Shown here in pieces: positions 38,458-52,529 of a stretch of DNA of 64,000 bases. The notes under the pieces are model-generated. The model had not been told where the DNA came from. It worked only from the letters and a program-made list of their open reading frames with translations, and did no database searches. Origin of the DNA: Podarcis tiliguerta. Taxonomy: Eukaryota. Both the position numbers and the translations under genes were made by a program. Where the stretch lies: assembly GCA_965153285.1 (NCBI GenBank), contig OZ229122.1. One strand, written 5' to 3'. Position 1 is the first letter of the stretch; every line of letters begins with the position of its first letter.

Positions 38458-38702
38458 TACAGTGGTACCTTGGGTTACAAATGCTTCGGGTTACAAACAC
38501 TTTGGGTTACAAACTCCGCTAACCCGGTAGTAGTACCTCGGGTTGAGAACTTTGCCCCAGGATGAGAACGGAAATCGCGTTGCGGCAGCACAGCGGCAGC
38601 AGGAGGTTCCATTAGCGAAAGCGCGGCTCAGGTTAAGAACGGTTTCGGGTTAAGAACAGACCTCTGGAACGAATTAAGTTCATAACCCAAGGTACCACTG
38701 TA
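38458..38702. mobile_element. Tc1/Mariner MITE in CDK12 intron 10
   Basis: TA-CAGTGGTACCTTGGGTTA...TAACCCAAGGTACCACTG-TA. Confidence 0.9.
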
Positions 38703-39054
38703 CTGATTAGGATATTTGCTCACTTACTCTTCCCAAAGCTTAGAGGGGAGCCCTAGCCTGGCAGCTTCCTGCAATGTAGCTTAGGGTGAGAAACTCTGTT
38801 TTGGCCAAGGTTACTACAGCGAGCTTCACGGCTCAGCAAGGATATCAACATGGATGTCTGACATTCAGAACAGACTCTCTCATTGGGGTATCGCACTGGC
38901 TATACTCTATATTTCAGCACCAGCTCATTTTGGGCTGATCTCTTGCAGCACATATCACAAGCATCTCGTTCCATTTCTATCGTGGATTGTTCTCCAGCAG
39001 CAAATCATTTTTCTGTTGCCTCTCCATGTCTCTCAATCCCCACCCTTATTGCTA

Positions 39055-39447
<393 letters not shown>

Positions 39448-39945
39448 TCAAAATGAAACCGCTCAAACAGAGGCCATTTAGTTCCCCAGCCTGGAAGATG
39501 TGGATGGTTGAAGCATCTTCTGATTTTCCCTCTCAAGCTATTTCTGCACATGCCTGCATGCAGCCTCCCACTCCCCTCGCTACTCCTCACCCTACACTGC
39601 AGGTAGATGAGACAGGGCCTCCCGTCAAGGATGGACAGGAATAAAAATGTGACACCGGACCTCCTGTGAAGGTCCATTTTCTGCAGGGAATGGAGGGGAT
39701 CCTCGAACAGACAGTTCCCCGCTGGCACAGGATCCTATCCGAGGATCCCCTGCCCCCTTCAGGAGAATAGGCCACAAAACAGACATAACACACAGCAGAT
39801 CCAAAGGAAACAGATCTCTATAAAGCTTCCCAGAGCTTGTTTACATGCAAGGCCAGGTTAATTGCACAGAAGTGCCCATTTTTCTAACTTTTAAAGGACC
39901 CCCATGAATACTGCTGTCCGTTTAGGAAGGCTCTTCCTCATAGTA

Positions 39946-40297
39946 AAAAGGTAAAGGGACCCCTGACCATTAGGTCCAGTCGTGACCGACTCTAGGGTTG
40001 CAGCGCTCATCTCGCTTTACTGGCCGAGGGAGCCGGCGTACAGCTTCCGGGTCATGTGGCCAGCATGACTAAGCCGCTTCTAGCGAACTAGAGCAGCACA
40101 CAGAAACGCCATTTACCCTCCCGCCGGAGCAGTACCTATTTATCTACCTGCACTTTGAGGTGCTTTTGAACTGCTAGGTTGGCAGGAGCAGGGACCGAAC
40201 AACGGGAGCTCACCCCGTCGTGAGGATTCGAACCGCCAACCTTCTTATCAGCAAGCCCTAGGCTTTGTGGTTTAGACCACAGCGCCACCCACGTCCC
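39946..40297 (-). mobile_element. Sauria SINE, full length, in CDK12 intron 9
   Basis: Highly similar to the 29402 copy; TSD TCATAGTA/TCATGGTA. Confidence 0.92.
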
Positions 40298-40757
40298 TCA
40301 TGGTAGAGTTTAGAAATAATTCTATCTTAAGACTTGGAAGGTAAAAGCAAGTTTAGGTACAGATCAGAGTTTTTTTAAAAAGGTAAAACATTAGGCTAAG
40401 GGCATTATATGCTCTGAGCTGCCCTAAATTTCTATGATGGAGGCCGCTGGTATTCTTGCCTCCCTTTAATCTGGTGCCAATTAGGTGAGGCACTCAAATG
40501 AAGTCAAGGGATAATTTCTCTCTCTCACTGAGATCCTGATTGCAAAGATTGCTTCTGTTCGTGTCTACATGGTTCTGACACTTAGCTGCCAACCACCGCT
40601 TTCTGTCTGTACAAAAAAACTACCTGTGGGGGGCCCTGTTACCTGCACATAAGGTGACTGCTAGCATTTCGGAACAAAATGACTGCTGGCATCGCCAAGA
40701 CAGCACACACAACTCTCTTTGCACACGCTCCTGTTGATGACACACAGAATGACTTAC

Positions 40758-40835
40758 CTGATTAATTCAAGCTGGGACAACTCAAGATTGGCTTGAAAAA
40801 TAGGCTTCTTTGTAAATAGTTCCCCAAGGATACAG
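40758..40835 (-). CDS. CDK12: CDK12 exon 9
   Basis: [25 protein letters not shown]; 78 nt. Confidence 0.96.
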
Positions 40836-41572
40836 CTGGGAGGGGGAAAGGAACAAAGAAAGGTTGAAATGAACGGCAGAAACTGAAGGAAGCATTTGAA
40901 TGGGGAGTTGGGTGACTCTTCCTTGGTTGCTTAGGTTTGGTAGAAACCCAGAACAGAGGGAGGCACCCAGTCAAATTTGAATGTTAAAAAAGGCTAATTC
41001 CATTAACCTCTATGATCCACATTTCCCACTTGCATTGAGAAGATGTGTGACACATTCACCTTTACCATGCAAAAAGACTGCTATAAAACAAATCCAGAAA
41101 GCCTGATCAGTGTTGTGATAGCCTCTGTGCCAATTAGGTGTCCAAAATTTTTAACTTTGGATCGGGATGGAAGCTGGAACTCATGGAACACAGAATCTTC
41201 TATTCCTCAGCCCTCCAAGGCTCATGGAACACTGAGCAGACTCTTTCTGCAATAAAGGGGCCAGGCTACCAAATTTTAAAAAGAAACAATGGGATGCATC
41301 ACACAATAAAAATATCAGTCCATGGGCTCTCTCTCACACACACTGTCATGGTGTACCATTATGATGCAAATGACAGAACCTGGCCTATAGCTTGATTTTC
41401 TAAACTACATCAAATGCGGGCACTGCCAGAGTTTTCACAGTATGCCTAAATGTTTAGAAAGTGTTTTTAGTTCACACACAAACACACTCATACAAGCCAC
41501 TGAAAAAGCACAACACAGGGAAGCATTCAGCAAGAACTGTAAACTCATATCAGAAATTAGAAAGATGACTTA

Positions 41573-41701
<129 letters not shown>

Positions 41702-41870
41702 TCAGGTTGAGAGATTTCTGTAAGGAATCGTAACATACATACAGAAGCAAGAATGGTGCAGCCAAACTGTGTTTGGGACCAAGGCTGAAGCTTCAATCCC
41801 AGCTGGCTTGGATTCAAATGGCTGAAACAAAATGAACTGTGTAGGAATCATTTCCCATAGTCACAACCCA

Positions 41871-41873
<3 letters not shown>

Positions 41874-41901
<28 letters not shown>
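41874..41901. repeat. (GT)n microsatellite
   Basis: Direct reading. Confidence 0.95.
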
Positions 41902-41903
<2 letters not shown>

Positions 41904-43017
41904 GGGACTTTATATAGGTCAAGGAAGGTTTCTCTCACAGCCACACCTGCTCAATCCAGACAATGGGAAGTCACGCTTGTAAAATATCATCAGATCGCTA
42001 ATGCTACTTGAAAAAAATGCTTTATAGGTTAATAGGGCATGCAACCTGATGCATAAAAGCTTGAGTGACGTTTACACAATGAAATATGCAACACAAAGAA
42101 CGCCGCAACAGGAGGCCAGTGGGCTCCCATCTAAGGGGTTAATCAGATGCCCATCTGTTTGATTCTAGGCCATTTGTTGGACTGGAAACGGACTTACACA
42201 ATCTTTAAAAAGGTGCATGTTATTGGATAATACTATTTTTAGTCCCAGAGTAGGACAGCTTCCAGGCTTTGCTTCCTTGTGGTGGTGGCAGGTAATGACT
42301 ATTCCCAAACGGGCAGCCTGGAGACTTGGCTCCTCTAGGAGAAACATTCTGATTGTGGCAATTTTAAAAGGGAGCATTTCAATGTGCATAATGCTGGAAC
42401 GACATTACTCAGACAGTGAAAGGAAGAATTTCAAAATGCTGTAAAAGCAACCAGCATTAGAAACATATTCATTTCATCTGTTATCGCTTCCAAATTATCC
42501 CCCCCCCCCCAATCTCCTGATCCAGAAACAATTTGCCTCAAGCTATTTTGAAATAATACAGATATTCACCCTGTGGATCAAACTACCTACCCACCCTCCC
42601 CAAGCTATTGCTAGGATGAATTATCCCCATAATAGTTGTGGTGTATGGAGAGAGCTTAATATACTGAAAGTCAAGCTTATATAAGACCTATATCAAGGAT
42701 TCAAATTATTGTTTTTATTGCTGACTGTTTATATGGTACTTTCAATTGTGCCAAGCTATTTGCGATCCTTACTTCATTCACCCTCAAGCGCCATTTGGCA
42801 GCACAGAATTTGAACCAAAATGAATTAGGGTGTGGCTCTGGAAGGCATCTATACTCTGCCAGAGACTGAGCTCAGGAGCATCTGAAGCAGAAACAGAAGT
42901 GCCTCTGATCACTTGTGGAAACACTCTTCCTTCACCACCACTAGCCTCCACACATTGAGGGATCAGGGAAGAAGGGGTTGCATTCAACTAGCTTTTGCTC
43001 AGCAAACCCACTGAAAT

Positions 43018-43183
43018 GGGACGTGGGTGGTGCTGTGGTCTAAACCACTGAGCCTAGGGCTTGCCGATCGAAAGGTCGGCGGTTCGAATCCCCATGATGG
43101 GGTGAGCTCCCATTGCTTTGTCCCAGCTCCTGCCAACCTAGCAGTTCGAAAGCAAGTCAAAGTGCAAGTAGATAAATAGGTAC
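43018..43183 (+). mobile_element. Sauria SINE 5' half in CDK12 intron 7
   Basis: GGGACGTGGGTGGTGCTGTGG head, GGTTCGAATCCCC B-box, ends at TAGATAAATAGGTAC. Confidence 0.88.
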
Positions 43184-43384
43184 TGAAACATTTTAAGTGT
43201 GTTGTAAAGTGAAATGTACAAATGTGACACTAGATAGCAGTGGTGAGCTATGGCAAATTCAATATATTTTTCAAAACATTTTTTTAAAAAGCATTTTCCC
43301 AGTGTGTTTTTTTTATATGTGTGTGTAGATTCCATCCTGGTGTAGCTAAATCTACACCTATCCTTTGCTCAGCAGACACCTTAC

Positions 43385-43441
43385 CTTTCTTCTGAACTGT
43401 AAAGCCGGGCAAGCCCAAAGTCAGCCAGCTTGATCTGCCCA
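43385..43441 (-). CDS. CDK12: CDK12 exon 7 (DFG)
   Basis: GQIKLADFGLARLYSSEE; 57 nt; gcag/gtaagg borders. Confidence 0.96.
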
Positions 43442-44328
43442 CTGCAACAAGAAGGCGGAAGTAGACTTTTGTTAACAATGGCTTATACAAAAGCATGAAT
43501 AGGAAACAGAAAATGACCAGGAATTACTAAAATTAACAGAAGCTTCAGTCATTCGCACTCACACATTTACAAGAAACATCTGCAATGCTCTTTTTTTTAA
43601 AAAAAGTTTAACAAAGGGCAGAACTTAAGAATACAGCTAATTTGAACTATCTGGTAGATTCCCATTTCTTCTTTCTGTGGAACAGTTCAAGCCTTGAGAG
43701 ACATGTGCTACAGCCCAGTTCCTAATGACTTATAATTCTATTTATTCGTTTTTATAAAGTAATGTATGAGGCACCACAAATGCAACGCCCAATTTAAAAC
43801 AGCACAATAAAAAAAAATTAACAACAAATTCTTTTTTTGGGGGGGGGGGGAATTAAACAGAGTGGAAATAATCAAATTTAAATTAGTCAAAACACTACAT
43901 AGAACTAAAATAAGTTTTAAAGGCCTCCTCAGGGAGGGCATTTCAAAGTTGGGGTGCCACCACAGAAAAGGCTCTGTTTCACTTGGTGGTGGGATATACA
44001 ACAAGGCCTCCAAAGCTTATTTTAAGTGAAGCCTATCTTTGAAGTAGAGATTAATCCCCTGAAGCAGATTCGTATCAGAGGAGTCTTTCAGATATCCTGT
44101 CTGCAAAATGTTTAGGACTTTATAGGTAACAACTAGCACTTTCAATTGTTATTTGAAAGTGCATTTGGTGGAGGGCTGTTGTAGGATCATCCACCCTGTA
44201 TATTCCAGAAAGCAATCTGGCTGTTGCGTTTTATAGGAGCTGCAGCTTCTAAAAACCTTTCCACATTGGCCTTCAAAAGAACAGGAGTTGGGAGCCACAT
44301 CTCCTTTGTCAAATTGGTCTGGCAGTTA

Positions 44329-44589
<261 letters not shown>

Positions 44590-45138
44590 TTAGCCCAAAC
44601 ACTTGTCCGTGAAATTTCCAATACGGATTATGGTGTGAGCAGGAAAAGGCAAGAGCAGCTTTTGCTCTGACTCTGTATTTACAGCTAAAAACCTCGTTTT
44701 TCTGCCTTCCTTAATATTTATGAAGATTGTCATGATTTCTTTGGGGGGGGGGGAATTGGCATGAGCCAGCCCATCACTCACCTTGGAATCATATAGGTCA
44801 CTGCACTGAACTGATCTCTAAGGAGAGAAACATTTCCTTCCCTGCTCACCATGGTTATGACACCCAAGTAAAAGGGATGGACTGGGAAAGCCTGAAACTC
44901 TTCTACATATCTCACGAAAGACCCTCAAAATGGAAGAGCAAACTTCAGACGTGAATGTCTGTGACAAGACAAGCCTTTGCCATGCTAGCACTCCTGGCGA
45001 AAACTGAAGCAAAGCTACGCAGAATCCTTTACCTGCACGGAGCATTTTTATACGCTAAGTATGTTCACTGCTACTAAGGGGGCCCCACAACCTGCATCAG
45101 TCTCACATCTTACTTCTCAGCACAATGTCCTTCGATAC

Positions 45139-45309
45139 CTTTGTCCTTCTTGAAATCCAGTGCATCTTGTTTGTCTGTGACGATTTCCTTCATGTTGACA
45201 ACACTGCGGTGAATCAACTGCCGGAGAATTTTGATTTCACGGATGGCTGTGATGGGGAAGCCCTCCTTTTCATTGTCCAGCCGCACTTTCTTCAAAGCCA
45301 CCAACTCAC
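45139..45309 (-). CDS. CDK12: CDK12 exon 5 (catalytic Lys, PITAIRE)
   Basis: [32 protein letters not shown]...DFKKDK; 171 nt. Confidence 0.97.
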
Positions 45310-46641
45310 CTGTCAAACACAAATGGCAGTCGGTAAGAAAGCAGGCAACCATTTGCAATAAAAATGAGCCGCAAAAAGGCTGGTCCTCTTAAACACAACC
45401 CTCCCTTCCAAGTTACATGAAGAAATATTAAGTCAGCACAGCCGGACCTTTCATAAGTACAACACTGCTTGGCAGATAAGACCAACACTGCTTGGGGTTG
45501 GGGGGAAGTAAGGTTAATCGATTGGTTTTGTCCTTGTTTTTATTATGTATTTTGTGTTTTTATCTTGTGAACCACCCTGAGATCCACAGTATCCAAATTT
45601 TATAATAGGAGGAGGAGCAGCGGTAAGAGATACATTATGTTATTTGCATGCTTATAATCTGACATCAAGAAGACAATTATTGTCTACTGCCAGTCATTTT
45701 GCCCATTTCGTTCTTACAAATCATTGTAAGCCTATTGCTTTGGACTGTGGTGCAATGGCTAGTGTTGGGGAGCAAAGTAGGAAATTCAGCTTCTCTGCTT
45801 GGATACATCCCTAGGCCTCTTCTTATGGTATCAATCGTGGTGTACTGCAGTGTTTGTTTTGAGAAAACATGGGAAAGCATACTGGCATTACATTCTGAAG
45901 AAATGATCAATTAAAAGATCCCTCCAAGCAGCAGCCTATTACTGTTAGAATTCCTGATCTATGATTGCAGTCATGAGGTTTTTGTCTGTCACATGACGGT
46001 GTATGTTTTGGCTCTACAGAGTGGAAAGTGACGGAGACAGGATGTTTGTGTTACTGTGTTCCGTGAAGTGGGACTATTGTCCTTTGTTCTTTTTTCTCTT
46101 TGCTGCCTGATGCTAGAGAGAGAGAGCCATGTTGCAGTGCTCCGTGTGTGTTTATATGTAAATAGATTAGCCAAAATGCTGAGTTGCGGAGGTCTGTCAT
46201 ACGCATGATGCACAAACTCTGCGGATCCCTAAGTGTGCGGGTGTCGGTTGGCATTGGTCGCTGTGATGTTCAGGCTGAAGAAATCTTATGAAGCTCCCGA
46301 ACAATCGACCAGGAGGAAGAGAACATGCCAGTCGGGCACATGTCTCTGCCAGGGTCCTACTCGAGTGCAGGCTGAACTCCTGACAATTACACGGCCACCG
46401 GCCACATCCATGTAGGAAGAGCCCAGCTGTATCAGGGCCAGTGGCCCATCTGGTCCAGCATCTAGTCGATGATTTGCCTATGGGAAGCCCATAAGCAGGA
46501 CATGAGCACAACAGTCCTCTCCCCTCCTGCAGTTTCTAGTAACTGGTATCCGTAAGCATACGGCCTCTGCCTATACGAAAACAGCTGATGTCAACAAATG
46601 TGAAAGCAGTTAGACAACATGGTGCATTTTTTATATGGTAC

Positions 46642-46728
46642 TGCCATGGATCGGTTGGATGCAGAGGAATGGTGGGAGGAGCCAACTGGGAACCCCTAAG
46701 GGAAGGATGACCGGCACGCTCTGCGACA
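46642..46728 (+). mobile_element. Internally deleted solo LTR of the same family
   Basis: TGCCATGGATCGGTTGGATGCAGAGGAATGG...TGCGACA with near-TSD GGTAC/GCTAC. Confidence 0.6.
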
Positions 46729-46744
46729 GCTACTTAAAAGTGAA

Positions 46745-47313
46745 TTCAATATGAGAAAAACGGACTGAAAATAGTGTGCGCTTTTCTATGAAAATGAAAA
46801 GGATGTTTAAAATAACCTTTGTGAATTATAGGGACAGAACGACCTAAAATGCATAGAAACTTATTTATGTATGTTACTATAGCAGCAAGAATGTTACTTG
46901 CCCAAAAACGGAAAGAAGTAGAAGTCCCAGCAAAGGAAGAATGGATACAAAAACTTATGGAATATGCAGAAATGGCAAAAAAATGGCAAAAGTTACCGGA
47001 AGAATAAGAAATCAAGGCAACATTATTTTTTTTTTAATAAAAGAATGGAAATGGTTTACTGAATATTTACAGATAAATTATAAACAGATAAAAACACTGG
47101 CAGGATTATTGTAGTAACCTGCAGTTTTACAAGAGTTTATAGTTAAGGAAGATGAATAAACGAGCAAATGAAGTTAATTTGGATATGCTGGAGATATTAA
47201 AAACAAATTCAAGGAACCGCAGAATGAGGGGGGAGGAAGTCAAGTTTTGAAATGTCAAAATTAGTGAAATGTATAAATTTGAAAAGTATGTATAAATAAA
47301 TAAGAAAAGAAAA
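46745..47313 (+). mobile_element. L1-clade LINE 3' fragment, antisense in CDK12 intron 4
   Basis: 46861-46980 translates LFMYVTIAARMLLAQKRKEVEVPAKEEWIQKLMEYAEMAK (L1 ORF2 C-terminus type); ends with AATAAA and an A-rich tail. Confidence 0.82.
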
Positions 47314-47334
47314 TAGTGTGCACCGAGTACCCAC

Positions 47335-47474
47335 CTGTGTCCTTGTCCTTCGCTTTGTACACTTGCCCATAGGTCCCCTCGCCGATAATACCAATGATAT
47401 CAAATTTGTCCACGCAGCGCTTTCCCCAGTCACTTTCCGTCTGCCTCCTCTCACCGTAACGAGGACAACAGATT
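47335..47474 (-). CDS. CDK12: CDK12 exon 4 (kinase start, Gly loop)
   Basis: [46 protein letters not shown]; 140 nt. Confidence 0.97.
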
Positions 47475-47476
47475 CT

Positions 47477-47507
<31 letters not shown>

Positions 47508-49314
47508 GGGAGTTGGCTAGAGAAGCACAAGAGCCGTAAAAATCCCAAATGCCGACTTCGACAAAACGTTTCTGAATAACCAGCTTTGGTGGATTTTCCT
47601 GTCCATTATCTGCCTTCATGGTTCCTATATCAACACCTGACACTACAGATTCTTTACAGCATGCATGCATGCAAGTTGTAACACTGACCGAAATTTCTAA
47701 TTCGAAATATTATTTATTACATTAATGCTCCACGCTTCCTCTGAGGAGTTTGAAGAACCTCAAACATGGGTTTGGGGCAATTTTCCATTGAGACATTACA
47801 GGACTAGGTGTTTAAACATTTATGACAATAATTGAAGCTGTTTTATACAGATTTTAGCTATTGATCCAGTAGTATTCCAACAGGCACTGGGTTTCCAAAG
47901 TCTCAGACAGAGATCTTCCCTAGTCTTGCTACCACAGATACTGACACAGAGATGGGGAATCTGTGACTCTACAGATATTGCTGGACTATTTCTGTACTGG
48001 TGCTCTTACAAAGTGAATCCTCAGTCAGTTGCTTGCTATTTTTTTTATATTTTTTTTGCTTCTGTAAAACTGTGTCCATTGTTTTCATTATTTTATAAAA
48101 ATAGAGCAGGTTACATTTAATAAATAAACACAAAGAAAATACATCTGCTCTGGGAATTTTGCTTCTTCCCTTTAGTTAGGATACCAGCAGCTGATTCCCG
48201 CACCACACCTAAAATCAGTGATTTGCCATTTGCTACCTTCTACGTAGTAATCTTTTCCCTCTCTCGTCACCTGAAAAGATTCCTAAAGACTTACTCTTTA
48301 TGTGCAAAGAGATGGATTCCTTTTATGAACCTCTTTCTTCTGCCATTTCCTCTCTCTTTAAAAAAGTTTTATATAGATTTGCAACATAATCATAGTGTTA
48401 TTTACTGGTGCTAGTCAGACAGACTCAGTTACACCGGAGTTAAATAAATCTTTACTGGCTACCAATCTATTTCTGAGCTGAATTGTAAGGTGTCAACATT
48501 GAATATTAATGTTCCACATTGGCTAGGCCATGATAGTTTATATTTTAGGTATTTATATAGAAAATGCATCTTTCTCAATGACCTTCCCTGTGTCTTAATA
48601 TCTTCTGGTGGAGCCCTTTGTCAGATGCCTTCCTTGCTAAAGACAAGGCTGGTATCCTCTAACAGCAACGCTTTTTCAGTAGTGACATTTTGCTTGCAGA
48701 ATACTCTCTCCTATGAGCCACACAAAGTTAGCATCTTCTTAGCTTTACTCTGCTTCATGAAATCATTTAATTCTGCCAGGCCTCCAAGGAGTAGATTTCA
48801 GCCTCTCCATGCTGTTTCTATTGTTATTTTAGAAGCGTGAATCTCAACATATTATGCAGTGTTTATTTTATTTTTAATCATTAAATAGGAATCGTGTTTA
48901 TCAATTCAAAAACAGGTTTATCAGTCTGCGCATGACACCTAACATGGCACGGTAACTGAGTTGGGAACCAGTAGTTCCCAGTTCAAATCTTGCCTCTGCC
49001 TTCAACACAGTATGTAGCCTTTGGCAATTGCCACACAGGGCTCCTATAAGGTGATTCAGAATGAATGAGAATGCAAGACATAAATGCTGACTGTTCTTAT
49101 CACTACGAAAACATGGCATGAGATTGCTTGAGCAACGATCTGGCAAGCTCTACTTTCCTGGAAGGTACTGCTTTACACAACTTGGGTAGGTAGCTAAGTG
49201 TCTATCTTCATCTGGTTTCTTATGGTTCCTCCCATTAATTCCAAACCTTACCAAAATGACCAGACGTTTTCCTGAAGTGGCCGCTATGCAAATAGATGCC
49301 CTCTCCACACTTAC

Positions 49315-49491
49315 TTTGGTCTCTTTCTACATGGTTGCTGAGGTGGCGTGGCTGCCTTTGGTTCTGGAGACTCTGGAGGGGAAGGGTCTCCACCAGGAAG
49401 CTCTGGAGGCAGTGGGAGGTCCGTGAGCAAGTGCCGTGGTCTCTGGTCTTTCTCCTTCTTCACAGGTTTTGAGGGGACAATCTCCTTTGGG
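49315..49491 (-). CDS. CDK12: CDK12 exon 3
   Basis: SPKEIVPSKPVKKEK...HLLTDLPLPPELPGGD...RKRPK; 177 nt; tttag/gtaagt borders. Confidence 0.96.
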
Positions 49492-51371
49492 CTAAAGCAC
49501 CAGGAAAAACAACAACAACAACAAAAAGAAGGGCACATTTATGACTTATTTAGAGCAACCACTTGTCACATCTCAACACCCTCTAACAGAAAGGTGACAT
49601 AAGCTTTCTTTTTTGGAGCAATGTGATAGTCACCAGGATTCCAACCTTATTGACAGTGAGTATTTGTTGGTATTTAGCTCATCCCACGTCATGTGCCATA
49701 CAAGAACCAAATCTAGTATCTGGCCTCGATTTGGGTATCCAAAGTTACTTTAACACACAAACACATACACACCCTAGGAAGCATCTAACCCTCATGGTTG
49801 CAGTTTCAGGGCCAAAATGAGTAGGCAATGTCTAGTGAAGCCAGAGAAAGGCTGGTTTGCACAGGTTCTCCTTTCCTCCCTTGTAAGTTATATCTTATTG
49901 ACTAGCCATCTACCCCCTTTCTGCTCCTGCATACAGGTGGAGACCACTTTAGGCACATCCATCTGACGCGTGATCGCTGGTGTGGGGTCCTGTTGGGCCT
50001 GGAAGAAGTAAAAACAAGGGCATAACGGGGGCGCTTATAAGTGCTCCATCAATGCTTTGTGGGCTGGGGGCTGAAATGGCCACCACTTCTGGGGTCCTTT
50101 CTCTTCCCCCCCAGCAGATGTGAAGAATTGGAGCCCTCTTTGCCATGGTTGGTGAGAGGGAGGGTGAGGTAGATAGGGAAAAGAGAAGAGAACCCCCCAA
50201 CTGTTGCTTGCAAAGGTAAGTTTCTACTTATAAGGAGTGGGCTGACTTTCCACAAGTTAAAATTTAAATTTTCATCCATCTTCAGTTACCTGGTGTTACA
50301 GGTGTGACACCCCTCACCATCACCAAATTGAATCAGAACTACAGGCTGGTTCGTGTGCAGAGTCAGCAGGACAACTTAAAGTAGTAATGTGCATGTGTGA
50401 ATGCACCACTACATATGAAGGATTAGTTAAGAAGAGATCAGCTGGATCAAACCAAAGACCCATCTAGTGCAGCCTGCTGTTTTCAAAATGGATCCCCATC
50501 ACTCAGAGACATACTGTTTCCAATGCTGGAGGGTAATGCAGCCATCATGACTAGCAACCGCAAGTGGCTTTAATCCTCCATGGCCTACAGACAAGAACTT
50601 TCATTTCACTTCAAACACAATGCTCTTTGAAATACAGGCAGTGATCGTTTTCAGAACATCCAATTGACACGTGATTGCCAATACATGGGTCCTTTTAGAC
50701 CCGGAAGAAGGCAGAAAGGGTGCTCTACTGACATGCACAAGGGGTAACTAGTTGTCAAGTACTGTATATATGCAACTTTGAATCAGCCCTATGTGAAGGG
50801 CTCACACAGAAAATGAGTATCGCCGAGCTAAGCCTAGCAAAAATTCATACCTGGGGCCCAACTAACTGCCCTGTTTGAGGTCAGGAATCAAGCCCCTCCC
50901 TAGAAGTCAGTCTGGTAGAGACACTGAGAACATTTGACTTCTGATGGCCAAAGTCAGCTAGATCTACTGCCCTGTAAACTCTCTTTCAGGGCTGCACTAG
51001 ATCTTTGCTTAATTACACAGCTGTTCAGATGGATTGAAGGTAGGATTTTCTTTGTCATATTCCAGCACGACAATTCTAAAGGTGGGCTGTATGGTTCAAC
51101 ACAGCTGCCAGGCATAAACTATGATCCCCACATCACCACCCTACTAACCTTTGATCCTCCCTATCTCCTCTCCCCTAGCAGTGTCAGTATTATTTTTAAA
51201 AAGAACAATATTGTAAATAAAGCAAACCCCCACTCAATTGTTTGAAGCTGGTTTACATAACTTTCGCCATATAGAACATATGATCACAATGCACCATTCC
51301 AATCTCTCTCTTGGAAGCCTCTATGGGCTCTAGATGAATTGGAAAGAAGAGGCAAAACCAGATCCCACCCC

Positions 51372-51709
51372 CAGTGCTCGAAACTCCCATTGTTCTAGGT
51401 GCATTTTACGACAGTTTAGCGAGCAGTTTCTGAGCTCTGGGCGCAGTACTGTGCCTAAGATTTCATATTAAAACTGCCTCCCCACTTCCAACTACTCTCT
51501 GAAGACTGGAGGAGAGACCCTCTTAAGAATATTACAGGGAAGGACTAGACCATATGAAAAATTAACATAATATTTTAGCTGCTGTTCATTCATTTTCAGC
51601 TTTGTTGTTGTTAGGAAAAAGCGCACCTAGACATTCCGTTGTTGTGCCCAAAACCCAGGTTTAAGGTGCCATTTAGCTCCTAACTTTCATATCTCAGTCT
51701 CTAACTCTG
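51372..51709. mobile_element. hAT-like MITE in CDK12 intron 2 (same family as 57210-57582)
   Basis: Collinear similarity, e.g. shared CAGTACTGTGCCTAAGATTTCATATTAAAACTGC. Confidence 0.82.
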
Positions 51710-52529
51710 CCTGTACGTTTGCATGACATCACAGTACATGCTCCTTAGAAAGGAAAACCACCTCACAAGCCAAAAGGACGGGCAATTTCCATGTTCATAG
51801 TTAATTCAAGGCTTACAGTTACATCAATATTTAGGAATATTTTAACAAAGACTGGCATGAGTTTATCTCCTCCTTACAACTACACCAGACAAGGAGTGGG
51901 GAAAACAAAAGCCTCAGCTTCGTCCATTATTTAGCATTACATCTGAATGTGGTTATCTACAAATTCAGGGGACTGTAGTTTTAACAAACTAGAGTTAGAC
52001 TAAAACAAGCCTTGGTTTGATAAGCAGGCTGAGAACCTATCCAGAAAAAGCAAACGAGCCAAAGGACTCCTTTGCCATGATTAAATCAGGAAGTCTCTGT
52101 TGAACCCATTTTGTCCAAAATGGAAAACTACATTACAAACTTCAAAACAAGCTAGGATATTAAACAGTTCAATATCCAGGCTAATATGCTGGCTTGTCTT
52201 GAAGCCGGTAACCATAGTTTCCCAGTTAATCCAAAATAGGAAACTAGGGTTAACAAGAAGTTTCCTAGTTTAACTGTGGAAAGCAGCAAACTGTGAAGGG
52301 GCGGCGTGCAAGAGCTAAACACTCATGCATATCTCAGATTAATGAACCAAGACAAGATAGTCTGAACCTGACTGCCAAGTCCTTTAAAGAGAAAAAACTG
52401 AGCCCAGTAGCATAAACTTGACGCACTTAAACTGTTGCTAACTGGGGATTTTTTTCTGAGCTGGCCACATAAGTGAGGCATTGTGAACAAGGGACCAAGA
52501 CTAAAACAAAAATTTAGGTTTATATATGC

